A stretch of DNA of 64,000 bases, from NCBI GenBank assembly GCA_963674825.1, contig OY771587.1, positions 192,001 to 256,000 on the forward strand, read 5' to 3'. This document shows positions 42,302 through 51,543 of the stretch, piece after piece. This DNA is from Candidatus Cloacimonadales bacterium (lineage in GTDB: Bacteria; Cloacimonadota; Cloacimonadia; Cloacimonadales; JAIOQZ01). Made by a program: the position numbers and the translations under genes. Under the pieces are notes generated by a model that was not told the origin of the DNA, searched no databases, and saw only the letters and a program-made list of their open reading frames with translations. The first letter of the stretch is position 1. Every line of letters begins with the position of its first letter.

Positions 42302-42835
42302 CTACTCCCCGGCAACCTCAACCGCGATAGCATCAACCGGACAAGCCTGGTCGCAGATGCCGCACTGGATACACTTTCCCTGATCGATCTGCGCGATACC
42401 CTGCTTCATGCTGATAGCTCCTGTAGGGCATTTTTTCTTGCAGATCTTGCAGCCGATGCACTTGTCTTCCTGGACCGCGTAAAGCTTGGATGCCTCTTCT
42501 TCTTGCGCAGGTACCTGAACGGAAGAGGTCTTCTTTTCCACCGGAACCGAGGTACTGTCCGGCTTTGCAGCCGTGGTATCCGCAGCAGCGGTTTCTTCAA
42601 CAACCGAGATCGCCGCAACCGGGCATGCCTTCACGCAAAGTCCGCACTGGATGCACTTTTCACGATCGATTATGGCTTTGCCGTCAACCATCGTAATGGC
42701 CTTCACCGGACATTTCTGTACGCAGAGTGTGCAGCCGATGCACTTGTCGGGATCGACCTTGTGGTATGTTGCCGAAGTGGCCATGAGCATCACGACCATA
42801 AGCGTTGCCAGCAGCATAATAATATATTTCTTCAT
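42302..42835 (-). CDS. Signal-peptide-bearing tandem ferredoxin (4 cluster motifs)
   Basis: MKKYIIMLLATLMVVMLMATSA; four CxxCxxCxxxCP motifs with an Ala/Thr/Ser/Pro/Glu linker; AAGGAG SD before ATG 42835. Confidence 0.88.
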   Translation of the reverse strand: MKKYIIMLLATLMVVMLMATSATYHKVDPDKCIGCTLCVQKCPVKAITMVDGKAIIDREKCIQCGLCVKACPVAAISVVEETAAADTTAAKPDSTSVPVEKKTSSVQVPAQEEEASKLYAVQEDKCIGCKICKKKCPTGAISMKQGIAQIDQGKCIQCGICDQACPVDAIAVEVAGE

Positions 42836-42942
42836 TCTTCTACTCCTTCGTATGAATCGAGTCCATTTATTACATAGGGACAAACAATGCAAGAAAAAAC
42901 CGTGCCGAAATGCGGATATTACTGGAAAATAACGCGGAATTG

Positions 42943-45141
42943 TCAGTCGTCGATGATCAACTCGCCCTCGAGCAGCGTCTTCCACAAACCCGGGATTCTC
43001 ATCTTACCGTCGTGCGTATCGAAGGGTTTCGCCTCCAGGTCCCTGACCATGCTGAGGTAGATCGTCGGATCTGCGGTGCCGTCGTAGTGTCCGTCCGGCG
43101 TATAGGCAAGCCACTGCTTCCCATTTTTCACGTAGATGAGCGACGCCAGATGTTCACCCGTCGTGGAATCGAACAGGAAATACTCGCCGAGTAACCCGTT
43201 CGTGACAATCCTGCTACCGTCTTCGGTGAAGTGGGGATGGAGCTCATAGCCTTCTTCGCCAAAATCACGCGATAGATAGCTATTATACTGAAGCGAATCC
43301 AAATACGTCAGAGAATCGCCCCGATAGATGTTGCCATATCCGACGATCTTGTCGAAATCCCTGGAAAAGGCGAAATTATCCCAACTACCAAGGTTGCAAT
43401 GACGCTCTGGATTCATGCGATCGAAGAGGCAGTAATAGGATATCGTTTCCGAAAGGTCTGTCGCCAGGACAAGCGAACCGCCATTCATGATTTTGTATGG
43501 ATAGTAGCTGTATTCAAAGTATCTTAATTGGTTTGTTTTTTTACCATACATATCGTTTTCAATTTTGTAATAGAGTGGTTTTGCCTGCATGGAATCCAGG
43601 CATGTACCGGTTTCGATATCCCAGCGCTTGTAATATCCAGGCTCTATTATCGTATCCGCCGAATAAGTAAGAAGAATATTGGCTTTATCCGTAAAGCAAA
43701 CCATCCGGCTTGCTTCAGGCAATGTTCGATAAGGCGTATCCCATTCACCATCTTTGTAGATAACGGTGCTATCGGCTTCAGCAATTGCATGCCACTGCTG
43801 GTCAATGCTTTGCCCTGAGTAATTACCGAAATATCGATGTTCCTCAGATAAAAAGTTCGAATATACCAGATATTCATCATTGCTCTCATGGGCGGAATAA
43901 TCGTACTCGTCCGGCAAACTGGACGGCGTAATTGTACCTCTATCATTGTCGGTGAATATCTCGATTTCCATACTGTCGGTAAAACGAATAGAAGCCCATG
44001 GATTATCATCAGGTATGAATTCTGTATATCTACCAGAGCATTCCATTGTTGCAAGCAATGAGAGTTCGTTGGTTGTGGCATTGTAACGGTAAATCTCATT
44101 GTCTATGGTCTTAATGAGAACCTCGTCCGGATCATTGGTTGGATATGCGGAAGATACAGCCGTGATGATTCCTTTCATGCAGTCTACCTGATTCGTTTCG
44201 GTATCAATCACCACAAATGGATATTCGAATGTGCGCCAATTATACCATTCGGATGGTGGCGCAACGAAGATCTTTCTTCCATTGCTTAACGGGATGTTTA
44301 TTGTCCTGTCAGTCCAGGGAATATCATATACGCCTTCGCGTGCTCCCGTCTCGATATCATAGAGCTCAAGTTTCTTGTCATGCGTGTTTATGCATTTGCC
44401 TATGTTTATCAGTTCCGGATTATTTTCACCCCAAGAGTTTACTCGTACAGGAGAAAGGGCCTTCTTCTTGAAGTTCCAGAATCCCCTTTCTTGATTTACA
44501 TTTATTGGTCGAAAATCACCCTTGAGACGGTAGTATTTGTATCTGGCCATTCCATATGACTGACTCAGATCAACCTGCTCCAGCGTTTCACGTGCCGTTG
44601 TGTGCAGCAAAATATTTCCCCGTCCAAGTGATATTATTTCGTTCAGATCAGATGAAAGGATGAGCCTTCTATTGATATCTATATAGGGAAACGTTTTCTC
44701 AGTAAACGTTGTATCGGTTGATCGCAGCTTTGTCTGGTCTCTATCAATACGCTGGGCATAATACATTTCACCTTCCTTGAAAATGAGGACGCTAACATTG
44801 AAATACTTACTTTCCCCTGTTTCAAGATTGCGTTTTACGACCCATGCCACATCTTGATCATGAATAATGTAAAGACTTATTGAGTCCGGTGAGAACTGGA
44901 TATCTTGTATTATCGTCGTCGAATCATAGCCGGGTGGATAGCTGAAGGTTTGGATCATGTGTTTGAAATCACTCGTCCAGATCTGAAATGAATGACCATT
45001 CGAGATCGCTACCAGTTTTCCATCCGGGCTGAAAGCGAGCCATCCAATCCTAATTGAACGGTTGGGCGATACGACCCAGTCGGATGCGATAATGGGCGTA
45101 AGAACGCACAGCAGTAGCACAAATGTGAGGATTCTTTTCAT
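42943..45141 (-). CDS. Secreted WD40-like beta-propeller protein
   Basis: Signal peptide MKRILTF...IIA; LAFSPDGKL, IQFSPD, WDIETG, W.AYTPDG.YDG. Confidence 0.75.
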   Translation of the reverse strand: MKRILTFVLLLCVLTPIIASDWVVSPNRSIRIGWLAFSPDGKLVAISNGHSFQIWTSDFKHMIQTFSYPPGYDSTTIIQDIQFSPDSISLYIIHDQDVAWVVKRNLETGESKYFNVSVLIFKEGEMYYAQRIDRDQTKLRSTDTTFTEKTFPYIDINRRLILSSDLNEIISLGRGNILLHTTARETLEQVDLSQSYGMARYKYYRLKGDFRPINVNQERGFWNFKKKALSPVRVNSWGENNPELINIGKCINTHDKKLELYDIETGAREGVYDIPWTDRTINIPLSNGRKIFVAPPSEWYNWRTFEYPFVVIDTETNQVDCMKGIITAVSSAYPTNDPDEVLIKTIDNEIYRYNATTNELSLLATMECSGRYTEFIPDDNPWASIRFTDSMEIEIFTDNDRGTITPSSLPDEYDYSAHESNDEYLVYSNFLSEEHRYFGNYSGQSIDQQWHAIAEADSTVIYKDGEWDTPYRTLPEASRMVCFTDKANILLTYSADTIIEPGYYKRWDIETGTCLDSMQAKPLYYKIENDMYGKKTNQLRYFEYSYYPYKIMNGGSLVLATDLSETISYYCLFDRMNPERHCNLGSWDNFAFSRDFDKIVGYGNIYRGDSLTYLDSLQYNSYLSRDFGEEGYELHPHFTEDGSRIVTNGLLGEYFLFDSTTGEHLASLIYVKNGKQWLAYTPDGHYDGTADPTIYLSMVRDLEAKPFDTHDGKMRIPGLWKTLLEGELIIDD

Positions 45142-45294
45142 GACCCGATCTCCTGTGAAAAGCGATGCCTGATATGTACTTTTATCACAGTATGTGTCAA
45201 GCGGAATTAAGGCGCCACAAGAAAAAAAACCTTGCCCGTATGCCGCGTTCCGATATTTTGTCATCAAAATCACAAAGGATGGTTGAAACTAGGT

Positions 45295-45352
45295 ATGATC
45301 AACTAAGTACTCTGGCCCGTAAGAATAACTCGAACATCAGGGAAGGAGTACT
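45295..45352 (+). promoter_or_regulatory. Leader uORF Met-Ile-Asn (45295-45306) plus anti-SD hairpin; putative ribosome-mediated attenuator
   Basis: ATG ATC AAC TAA; AGTACTC (45306-45312) is complementary to GAGTACT (45346-45352), which overlaps the SD. Confidence 0.65.
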
Positions 45353-45353
45353 C

Positions 45354-46967
45354 ATGCTGCGTTTTGAACACGTAACGTTTCGCTATCCAAATCACGTAGA
45401 ACCTGTTATCGAAGACCTCTGTGTCGATATCGTCGAAGGGGATCGTATTGCCATAATCGGCAAGAACGGCTGCGGTAAAACCACCTTCGCGAACCTCATC
45501 CTGGGTAGATTGCATCCCTCCGAAGGTAGAATCCACGTACCCAAAGACAAGCCCGTCATCGGCTACCTGCCGCAGCACTTCGACGCCGATTTCGAAGGCA
45601 CTGTGCTGGAGATCTGCCACGGGGCATTCCCCGAGCTTCGCAGCATCGGAAAGCAACTGAAGTCCCTCGAGCAGCGCATCAGCCGGGAGCCGGATAACCC
45701 GGATATCCAGCAGGAATACGGAACCCTGCTCGATCGCTACACCCGCGATGGCGGATGGGAGATCGACGCCCGTTGCGCCCGTGCTCTTGCCGAAACCGGA
45801 CTCGACGAATCCTTCCTGCAACGTGAATACGATACCCTATCCGGTGGTGAAAAGACGCGCGTCGCTATCGCCGGACTGCTGGTCAAGGCGCCTGACATCC
45901 TCCTGTTGGACGAACCCACCAACCACCTCGACCTGGAGATGGTCGAATGGCTGGAGCGGTTCATCAAACGCTTCAGCGGCACTGTCATCGCCATCTCGCA
46001 CGACCGTGCTTTCATCGACAACATCGCCGAACGGCTCATCGCTTTCGAGCGGGAAGGCGTCCTTATGCGGCGCGGTAACTACAGCCTCTACCGCGATGAA
46101 CGGCAGTACGAGAAAGAGCACCAGATGGAGCAGTGGTCCGAGCGCCAGAAGAAGATGCGCCAACTGCACGACGCGGCCCTCAAGCGCAAACAGTGGGCCC
46201 AGAAATTTCAGCCGGAAACCCGCTCCGAAGGCGGCGGCGCAATCTACGAATCGATCGTGAATCCGGCAAAGACCCAGATGCAGCAGGCAAAGCACATCCT
46301 CGAGCGCATGAAGATGCTGGAGGAACGTTACCCCATCGAAAAGCCGTGGATCGAGAAGAAACGACACATACATTTCGACATCGCACAGCCACCCTCGAAC
46401 GTCATCTTCGGCGTGGTGGGCGTCTCGCATCGGTTCGGCGAGAAGCAGGTGTTCAACGACCTCAGTCTCCACATTTATCGCGGTGAGCACGTCCACCTGA
46501 AAGGCCCCAACGGATCCGGCAAGACAACCCTCCTGCGCATGCTCAATGGCGATCTGTCGCAGGATCAGGGCGATATCTCGCGCAGCGGCAGGCTCAAGAT
46601 CGGCTACTACGATCAGGAACACCGACAGCTCGACCGCGACGCTATCGTCATTGACTTCCTCATGCGGCATAACGAGGACGCCGTCTTCGTTCGAACGATG
46701 ATGGGCTGCCTGAATATTGGCGACGATATCGTGAACCGGCCCATCGGAAGCCTCTCGGTGGGCGAGCGAAGCAAGGTCGCGCTGGGTACGCTGCTTGTTA
46801 CTCGCTGCAACGTGCTGCTGCTGGATGAACCGACCAATCACCTTGATCTGGCCACCCGCGAGCTCCTCGAAGAGGCCCTGCGGGATTTCCCCGGAACCAT
46901 TCTGTTCGTCTCGCACGACCGATGGTTTATCGATAAACTGGCGACGGGAACGATTGAGCTGAGGTAA
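45354..46967 (+). CDS. ABC-F ribosome-binding ATPase, possibly antibiotic-resistance (ARE) type
   Basis: Two NBDs (GKNGCGKTT/LSGGE/LLLDEPTNHLD; GPNGSGKTT/LSVGE/LLLDEPTNHLD), no TM segments, long interdomain linker. Confidence 0.92.
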   Translation: MLRFEHVTFRYPNHVEPVIEDLCVDIVEGDRIAIIGKNGCGKTTFANLILGRLHPSEGRIHVPKDKPVIGYLPQHFDADFEGTVLEICHGAFPELRSIGKQLKSLEQRISREPDNPDIQQEYGTLLDRYTRDGGWEIDARCARALAETGLDESFLQREYDTLSGGEKTRVAIAGLLVKAPDILLLDEPTNHLDLEMVEWLERFIKRFSGTVIAISHDRAFIDNIAERLIAFEREGVLMRRGNYSLYRDERQYEKEHQMEQWSERQKKMRQLHDAALKRKQWAQKFQPETRSEGGGAIYESIVNPAKTQMQQAKHILERMKMLEERYPIEKPWIEKKRHIHFDIAQPPSNVIFGVVGVSHRFGEKQVFNDLSLHIYRGEHVHLKGPNGSGKTTLLRMLNGDLSQDQGDISRSGRLKIGYYDQEHRQLDRDAIVIDFLMRHNEDAVFVRTMMGCLNIGDDIVNRPIGSLSVGERSKVALGTLLVTRCNVLLLDEPTNHLDLATRELLEEALRDFPGTILFVSHDRWFIDKLATGTIELR

Positions 46968-47061
46968 AAGATTCACACAAGTACTGCACAGTTATACAGC
47001 ACTAAATCAGACTTGACATCCGAAGTACTCTTTTACTCCATCTGCGCAAAAGGAGGACATT

Positions 47062-48090
47062 ATGCGCACAACCATCACCATCGCTCTGTTATTGCTCGTT
47101 TCGGCTATCTTCGCTTATCCCACACTACAGGGAGAAGGAATAACCAAGTTCACCGAATATGCAGAAGATCATCTTGAACTTATTGATGAAATTACCCTCG
47201 ACGACAAGTCTGTCGTAGTGCGCCGCGCACCGGCAACGAAACATGCCCTTGGCGAAGTGACGATCGAGAAAAGGAAAAAAGAACGAGAATATGTATTGAC
47301 CAAATCTTCAGACCTCGGCGTTACCCTGCGGAAATCCGAGGATCATCAATATTGGGAATGGTATGACGCCAATAACAATCTGTTGAATCGCTGCCCGGCC
47401 AACCCATACATATCGAAAATTGTGCCTGTAAACACCAATGGCTACTGGCTCATGTTTGAAGAGCCAAAAGAAGATCCATACGATTTTATCGAAGAACAGT
47501 ACAATTACGATGGTCCCTTGATCTATGCTGCAGATTTCAGATGCAATGTCGAATCCAGCAACTTCCCCAGCCAGTCCGGTGTCGTTATTTTCGACCAGGA
47601 TGGCAATAAAATGACGCAGGTTGAGCTTGCAGGAGGAAGCATCACAGACATAGATATTAGTCCTCTTGGTAAATATTTCAGGGTTGCAGCCTGGCCAAAT
47701 ATTGTTATAATGACCATCAAAGGGAGTATTGTCTGGCAGAGCGATACAGAGGGCTCACGAACGATAACCTTTTCCCCAAATGAGGAGCTGGCGTTTCTTG
47801 GTGTTGGTCAATGTAAGGTACTGGATTTATCAAATGGGAAATATCTCGCCAATATCCCATGCTTTTTCGAACAAACGACCTCAGTTGCAATTAGCGACAA
47901 GGAGGCTGGGATTGTCGCAGTACCAGGATATAACGAAATTCTTGTTTTCGATATATGGGCCGGGAAACAGATCGCAAGATTCAGACAAAAAGGAACAAAT
48001 ATTCAGCTTTCAGGTGATGGACGGCTCCTATCATTCAGAGGGATAGGGAAAGTTGTTACATATCGGCTTGATGGAATAGATGGAGAATAA
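47062..48090 (+). CDS. Secreted protein, propeller-like C-terminus (array copy 1)
   Basis: Signal peptide; ISP.G, FSP.E, SGDGR blade-like motifs; paralogous to 51544-52578. Confidence 0.8.
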   Translation: MRTTITIALLLLVSAIFAYPTLQGEGITKFTEYAEDHLELIDEITLDDKSVVVRRAPATKHALGEVTIEKRKKEREYVLTKSSDLGVTLRKSEDHQYWEWYDANNNLLNRCPANPYISKIVPVNTNGYWLMFEEPKEDPYDFIEEQYNYDGPLIYAADFRCNVESSNFPSQSGVVIFDQDGNKMTQVELAGGSITDIDISPLGKYFRVAAWPNIVIMTIKGSIVWQSDTEGSRTITFSPNEELAFLGVGQCKVLDLSNGKYLANIPCFFEQTTSVAISDKEAGIVAVPGYNEILVFDIWAGKQIARFRQKGTNIQLSGDGRLLSFRGIGKVVTYRLDGIDGE

Positions 48091-48092
48091 AC

Positions 48093-48197
48093 ATGAGAAG
48101 CTGCACACTAATATTGGCAATAATCCTGATAATGATTCTCGGTGCAGCCGTTCTTTTGGCAGAGGAAATCGAAGATGAAGAAAAAACACAAAATTAA
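48093..48197 (+). CDS. 34-aa signal-peptide mini-ORF (or truncated gene start)
   Basis: MRSCTLILAIILIMILGAAVLLAEEIEDEEKTQN*; GGAG SD at end of the upstream gene. Confidence 0.55.
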   Translation: MRSCTLILAIILIMILGAAVLLAEEIEDEEKTQN

Positions 48198-48260
48198 CAA
48201 ACCGAAAAATATTGACACCTGAAATATACCATTTCCTCATCTGCACAAGAGGAGAATATC

Positions 48261-48602
48261 ATGCGCACAACCACCACCATCGCTCTATTGCTGTTCGTTT
48301 CGGCTATCTTCGCTTATCCCACACTACGGGGAGACGGAATAACCAAGTTCACCGAATATGCAGAAGATCATCTTGAACTTATTGATGAAATTACCCTCGA
48401 CGACAAGTCTGTCGTAGTGCGCCGCGCACCGGCAACTCAAGCAAGATTTCGGATGGGAGCAAATTCGCCTTTTACAGTACCACAGGCTGAAAAATCTGAA
48501 TGCGATTTTCTGGCTCGCTGTATGTTTTCTTTACTCGATGATTACGGATGTGCCCGGATTACAATCGATAATGATGTCGGCATTTATCGAACGAAAAAGT
48601 GA
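48261..48602 (+). pseudogene. 5' fragment of array copy 2; homology ends at 48436
   Basis: Matches paralogues to ...VRRAPAT, then unrelated sequence. Confidence 0.8.
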
Positions 48603-48967
48603 CTGGAAGCGCCGTGGATTCGGTATCTACTACAGGTTAACCTACGTCATTTCGGAGTGTTTCCTATGGTTTGACTGGTACTGGATAAAGCCCGATAAAG
48701 GAAGGTGGAAAGAGCATTTACAGCTCAAGGTCAGGTTCGAATGAAAAAATGGGGGTATACCTGATTGTGTAAGAAAAAGATTGACAAACATCATGAGCTG
48801 GATTCATTTTAGAAGTTGTCTCATGGCAACGTTCCATGACAAAGCAGTTTTGCAAAATGGGGTGAAGTTGTGATTCGCAGCCTTCGATTCGATGAGGAAC
48901 AATTTGTTGGGATTAACACCAACCGTTGAAACGAAATAACTAATTTTCAATAAACAAGGAGAAAATT

Positions 48968-50224
48968 ATGAAGAAAATTACTTTGTTTTTGTTGTTTGTT
49001 CTTGCTGGTCTGTTGTTTGCCGAAGTTTCAATTCAGGAAATAGCTAACCTATTGAATCATGACCCATTTGATTTAACAGAAACATTGCTGGAAAGAGCTA
49101 AAAATGCAAGGGATCTTTCCCTTTCAGAAAAGCTTATTCAGACTTGGCAAGATGGCGCATGGGTAAATCAGGGAAGATATACGTATTCATATGACGAAAA
49201 TGGTTTTCTTGTGGTTGAACTGTTTCAAATATGGTCCGAAGAACAATGGATCAACGCAGGGAACACAAACTACTCCAACAATCCAGATGGACAGCCAGCG
49301 GAAATTATGTTACAGCAATGGGACGGCACCAATCAAGTTTGGGTTGATTATTTTTGGGCAACATATGAATATGATGAAAATGACAACTTGTTGCATGGGT
49401 TACTACAAGTAAACATGGGAGAAACCTGGGTCAATTGGGTTTACGCTACCAATACTTGGAGTAACGATAATCTCCTCATGGAAGTCTTTAAAGAAGAGTG
49501 GAGTAGTGAGTCCAATAATTGGGTAAATTATGAGATAAACACCTACACTTATGATAATGGGAATCTTATTTCATACATGGAACAAGAATGGCAGGACGGC
49601 GCCTGGCTAAATAAAGGGCTGGATACATACACAAACAATGCTGAAGGGTATAAAATCGAAATGATCTTCCAACAATGGCAAGAGTCAAATCGAAGCTGGG
49701 ATAATGCTTATCAAGAATTGTTTGAGTATGATGGGGATTGGAACATTACAACAGAATATCGAAATAACTGGAGTTGGAGCGGTCAAACCTGGACAGATTA
49801 TAGGGTGAAGTATAACACTTGGGAAGATGATGTCCTGGTAGAAACGCTGGAACGTGAGTGGAATGATTCACGTGAATGGATTGATATCAGCAAAACCAGC
49901 AATACCTATATGTTAGGTATTGATAGTGAAGAGGAAATGAATCCGATCAGCATTGTGTTGACTAATATGCCCAACCCATTCAATCCAACGACTACCATTA
50001 TGTTTTCACTGGTAGCCAACAGCAGAATTGAACTGGCGGTGTATAATATCAAGGGTCAGTTCGTGAAGATGCTTGCCCGTAATCCTTTCGACAAAGGAGA
50101 CCATCGTGTTACTTGGAATGGCGATGACGTAAATGGAAAACCGGTTAGCTCAGGTGTTTATTTCTTCAGGCTGAAGGTTGATGGTGTAACTGAAGTCGTG
50201 AGAAAAAGTCTGCTTCTGAAATGA
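48968..50224 (+). CDS. Secreted Trp-rich repeat protein with T9SS-like CTD
   Basis: About nine ~30-aa 'Q.W....W.N....Y.YD' repeats; PNPFNPTT...YNIKGQ...SSGVYF...KSLLLK; more AT-rich than flanks. Confidence 0.85.
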   Translation: MKKITLFLLFVLAGLLFAEVSIQEIANLLNHDPFDLTETLLERAKNARDLSLSEKLIQTWQDGAWVNQGRYTYSYDENGFLVVELFQIWSEEQWINAGNTNYSNNPDGQPAEIMLQQWDGTNQVWVDYFWATYEYDENDNLLHGLLQVNMGETWVNWVYATNTWSNDNLLMEVFKEEWSSESNNWVNYEINTYTYDNGNLISYMEQEWQDGAWLNKGLDTYTNNAEGYKIEMIFQQWQESNRSWDNAYQELFEYDGDWNITTEYRNNWSWSGQTWTDYRVKYNTWEDDVLVETLEREWNDSREWIDISKTSNTYMLGIDSEEEMNPISIVLTNMPNPFNPTTTIMFSLVANSRIELAVYNIKGQFVKMLARNPFDKGDHRVTWNGDDVNGKPVSSGVYFFRLKVDGVTEVVRKSLLLK

Positions 50225-50277
50225 TGGATTGTTTGGGCAAGAGCCAGTAGATAAACCGCGTTCTTCAAAAACCATAT

Positions 50278-50322
50278 AGGGAGTGTGAGACGCTGAAAAA
50301 AAGTCTTAGCTCCCTCTTTTTT
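50278..50322 (+). terminator. Probable terminator
   Basis: AGGGAG.....GAC...GTC....CTCCCT plus T run. Confidence 0.5.
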
Positions 50323-50584
50323 CAAACCGTGTGAATAAATTGCCAGCAGCTCGTGACCTCCCGTACGTTACCCCCAGGATTCAGAAGAGTCTCTGGCGCG
50401 ACCCATTTGGAAGTCGGGATTATACGGTTTTCCGAATGAGATTTCATGAACGCCATTGATATCTCGTTCAGAAAATACTCTCCAATAGAAGTGGTCTCGG
50501 AAATTAGGACTTGCGTATAAGTGGAAATCTTGCTCCATTGAACCAGAGATAAGAGAGAGTATTTAAGGAGTAAGAGAATGAGGA

Positions 50585-51373
50585 GACCTCGGCGTAACCC
50601 TGCGGAAATCGGAAGATTTGCAATACTGGGAATGGTACGACGCCAATAACAATCTGTTAAATCGCTGCCCGATCAATCCGTACATCTCCGAAATCGTGCC
50701 TGTCAACACCAATGGGTACTGGCTCATGTTTGAAGAACCCAAAGAAGATCCATACGATTTTATCGAAGAACAGTACAATTACGATGATCCCTTGATATAT
50801 GCTGCAGATTTCCGTTACAACGTCGAGTCCAGCAATTTCGCCAGCCAGTCCGGGGTCGTTATCTACGACTCGTACGGAAACAAAATGACACAGGTTGAGC
50901 TCGGGTGTGGGAATGTCAGTTCTGTTAAATACAGTCCATCAGGCAATTACTTCATTGTTGCAGCACATCCCAAGAACTTCCTCATGAGTATCGACGGACA
51001 CATTATACGAAAGTTCCAGAAAAGTGGGGGCATTTCCATCGTGTTTTCCCCCAGCGAAGAACTGGCAGTGCTCGCCCCTCCTTTTCCGTATGTAATCGAT
51101 CTCGAGACGGGGGAAATACTTGCCGAGATTTTTTCTTCATACGGATCATCAACGGTTGCTATCAGTGACAGAGAGGCTGGAATTGTAGCGGTTAAAAACG
51201 GTGGTCGTGGAAGTGGTATCCAAATATTTGATATATGGAAGGGAAAACAAATTGCACATTTCAAGCGAGATGGCACATATATTCAGCTCTCAGGTGATGG
51301 ACGGCTTATCTCATTCAAATCAAAAGGAGATATAATGCGTTCATACCTACTTGATGGCATAAGAGGAGAATAA
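50585..51373 (+). pseudogene. 3' fragment of array copy 2 (no signal peptide or start)
   Basis: Homology resumes at DLGVTLRKSED; in-frame TGA just upstream. Confidence 0.75.
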
Positions 51374-51375
51374 TC

Positions 51376-51480
51376 ATGAAAAAAAATACACTGTTTTTCG
51401 TTTTAACCCTCCTGATGATTATTAGCGCAGCCGTTCTTTTGGCAGAGGAAATCGAAGATGAAGAAAAAACACAAAATTAA
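51376..51480 (+). CDS. 34-aa signal-peptide mini-ORF (second copy)
   Basis: MKKNTLFFVLTLLMIISAAVLLAEEIEDEEKTQN*. Confidence 0.55.
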   Translation: MKKNTLFFVLTLLMIISAAVLLAEEIEDEEKTQN

Positions 51481-51543
51481 CAAACCGAAAAATATTGACA
51501 CCTGAAATATACCATTTCCTCATCTGCACAAGAGGAGAATATC

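Noticed and set aside
37437..42835. Rnf complex or hydrogenase/dehydrogenase Fe-S subunits
   Set aside because: No RnfACDEG-like or catalytic subunit is adjacent; two members have lipobox-like sites and the operon ends in a barrel-like gene. Cytoplasm-facing anchoring remains a formal alternative
48780..48965. Known riboswitch in the long leader
   Set aside because: Small hairpins are present, but I could not recognise the consensus of any riboswitch class
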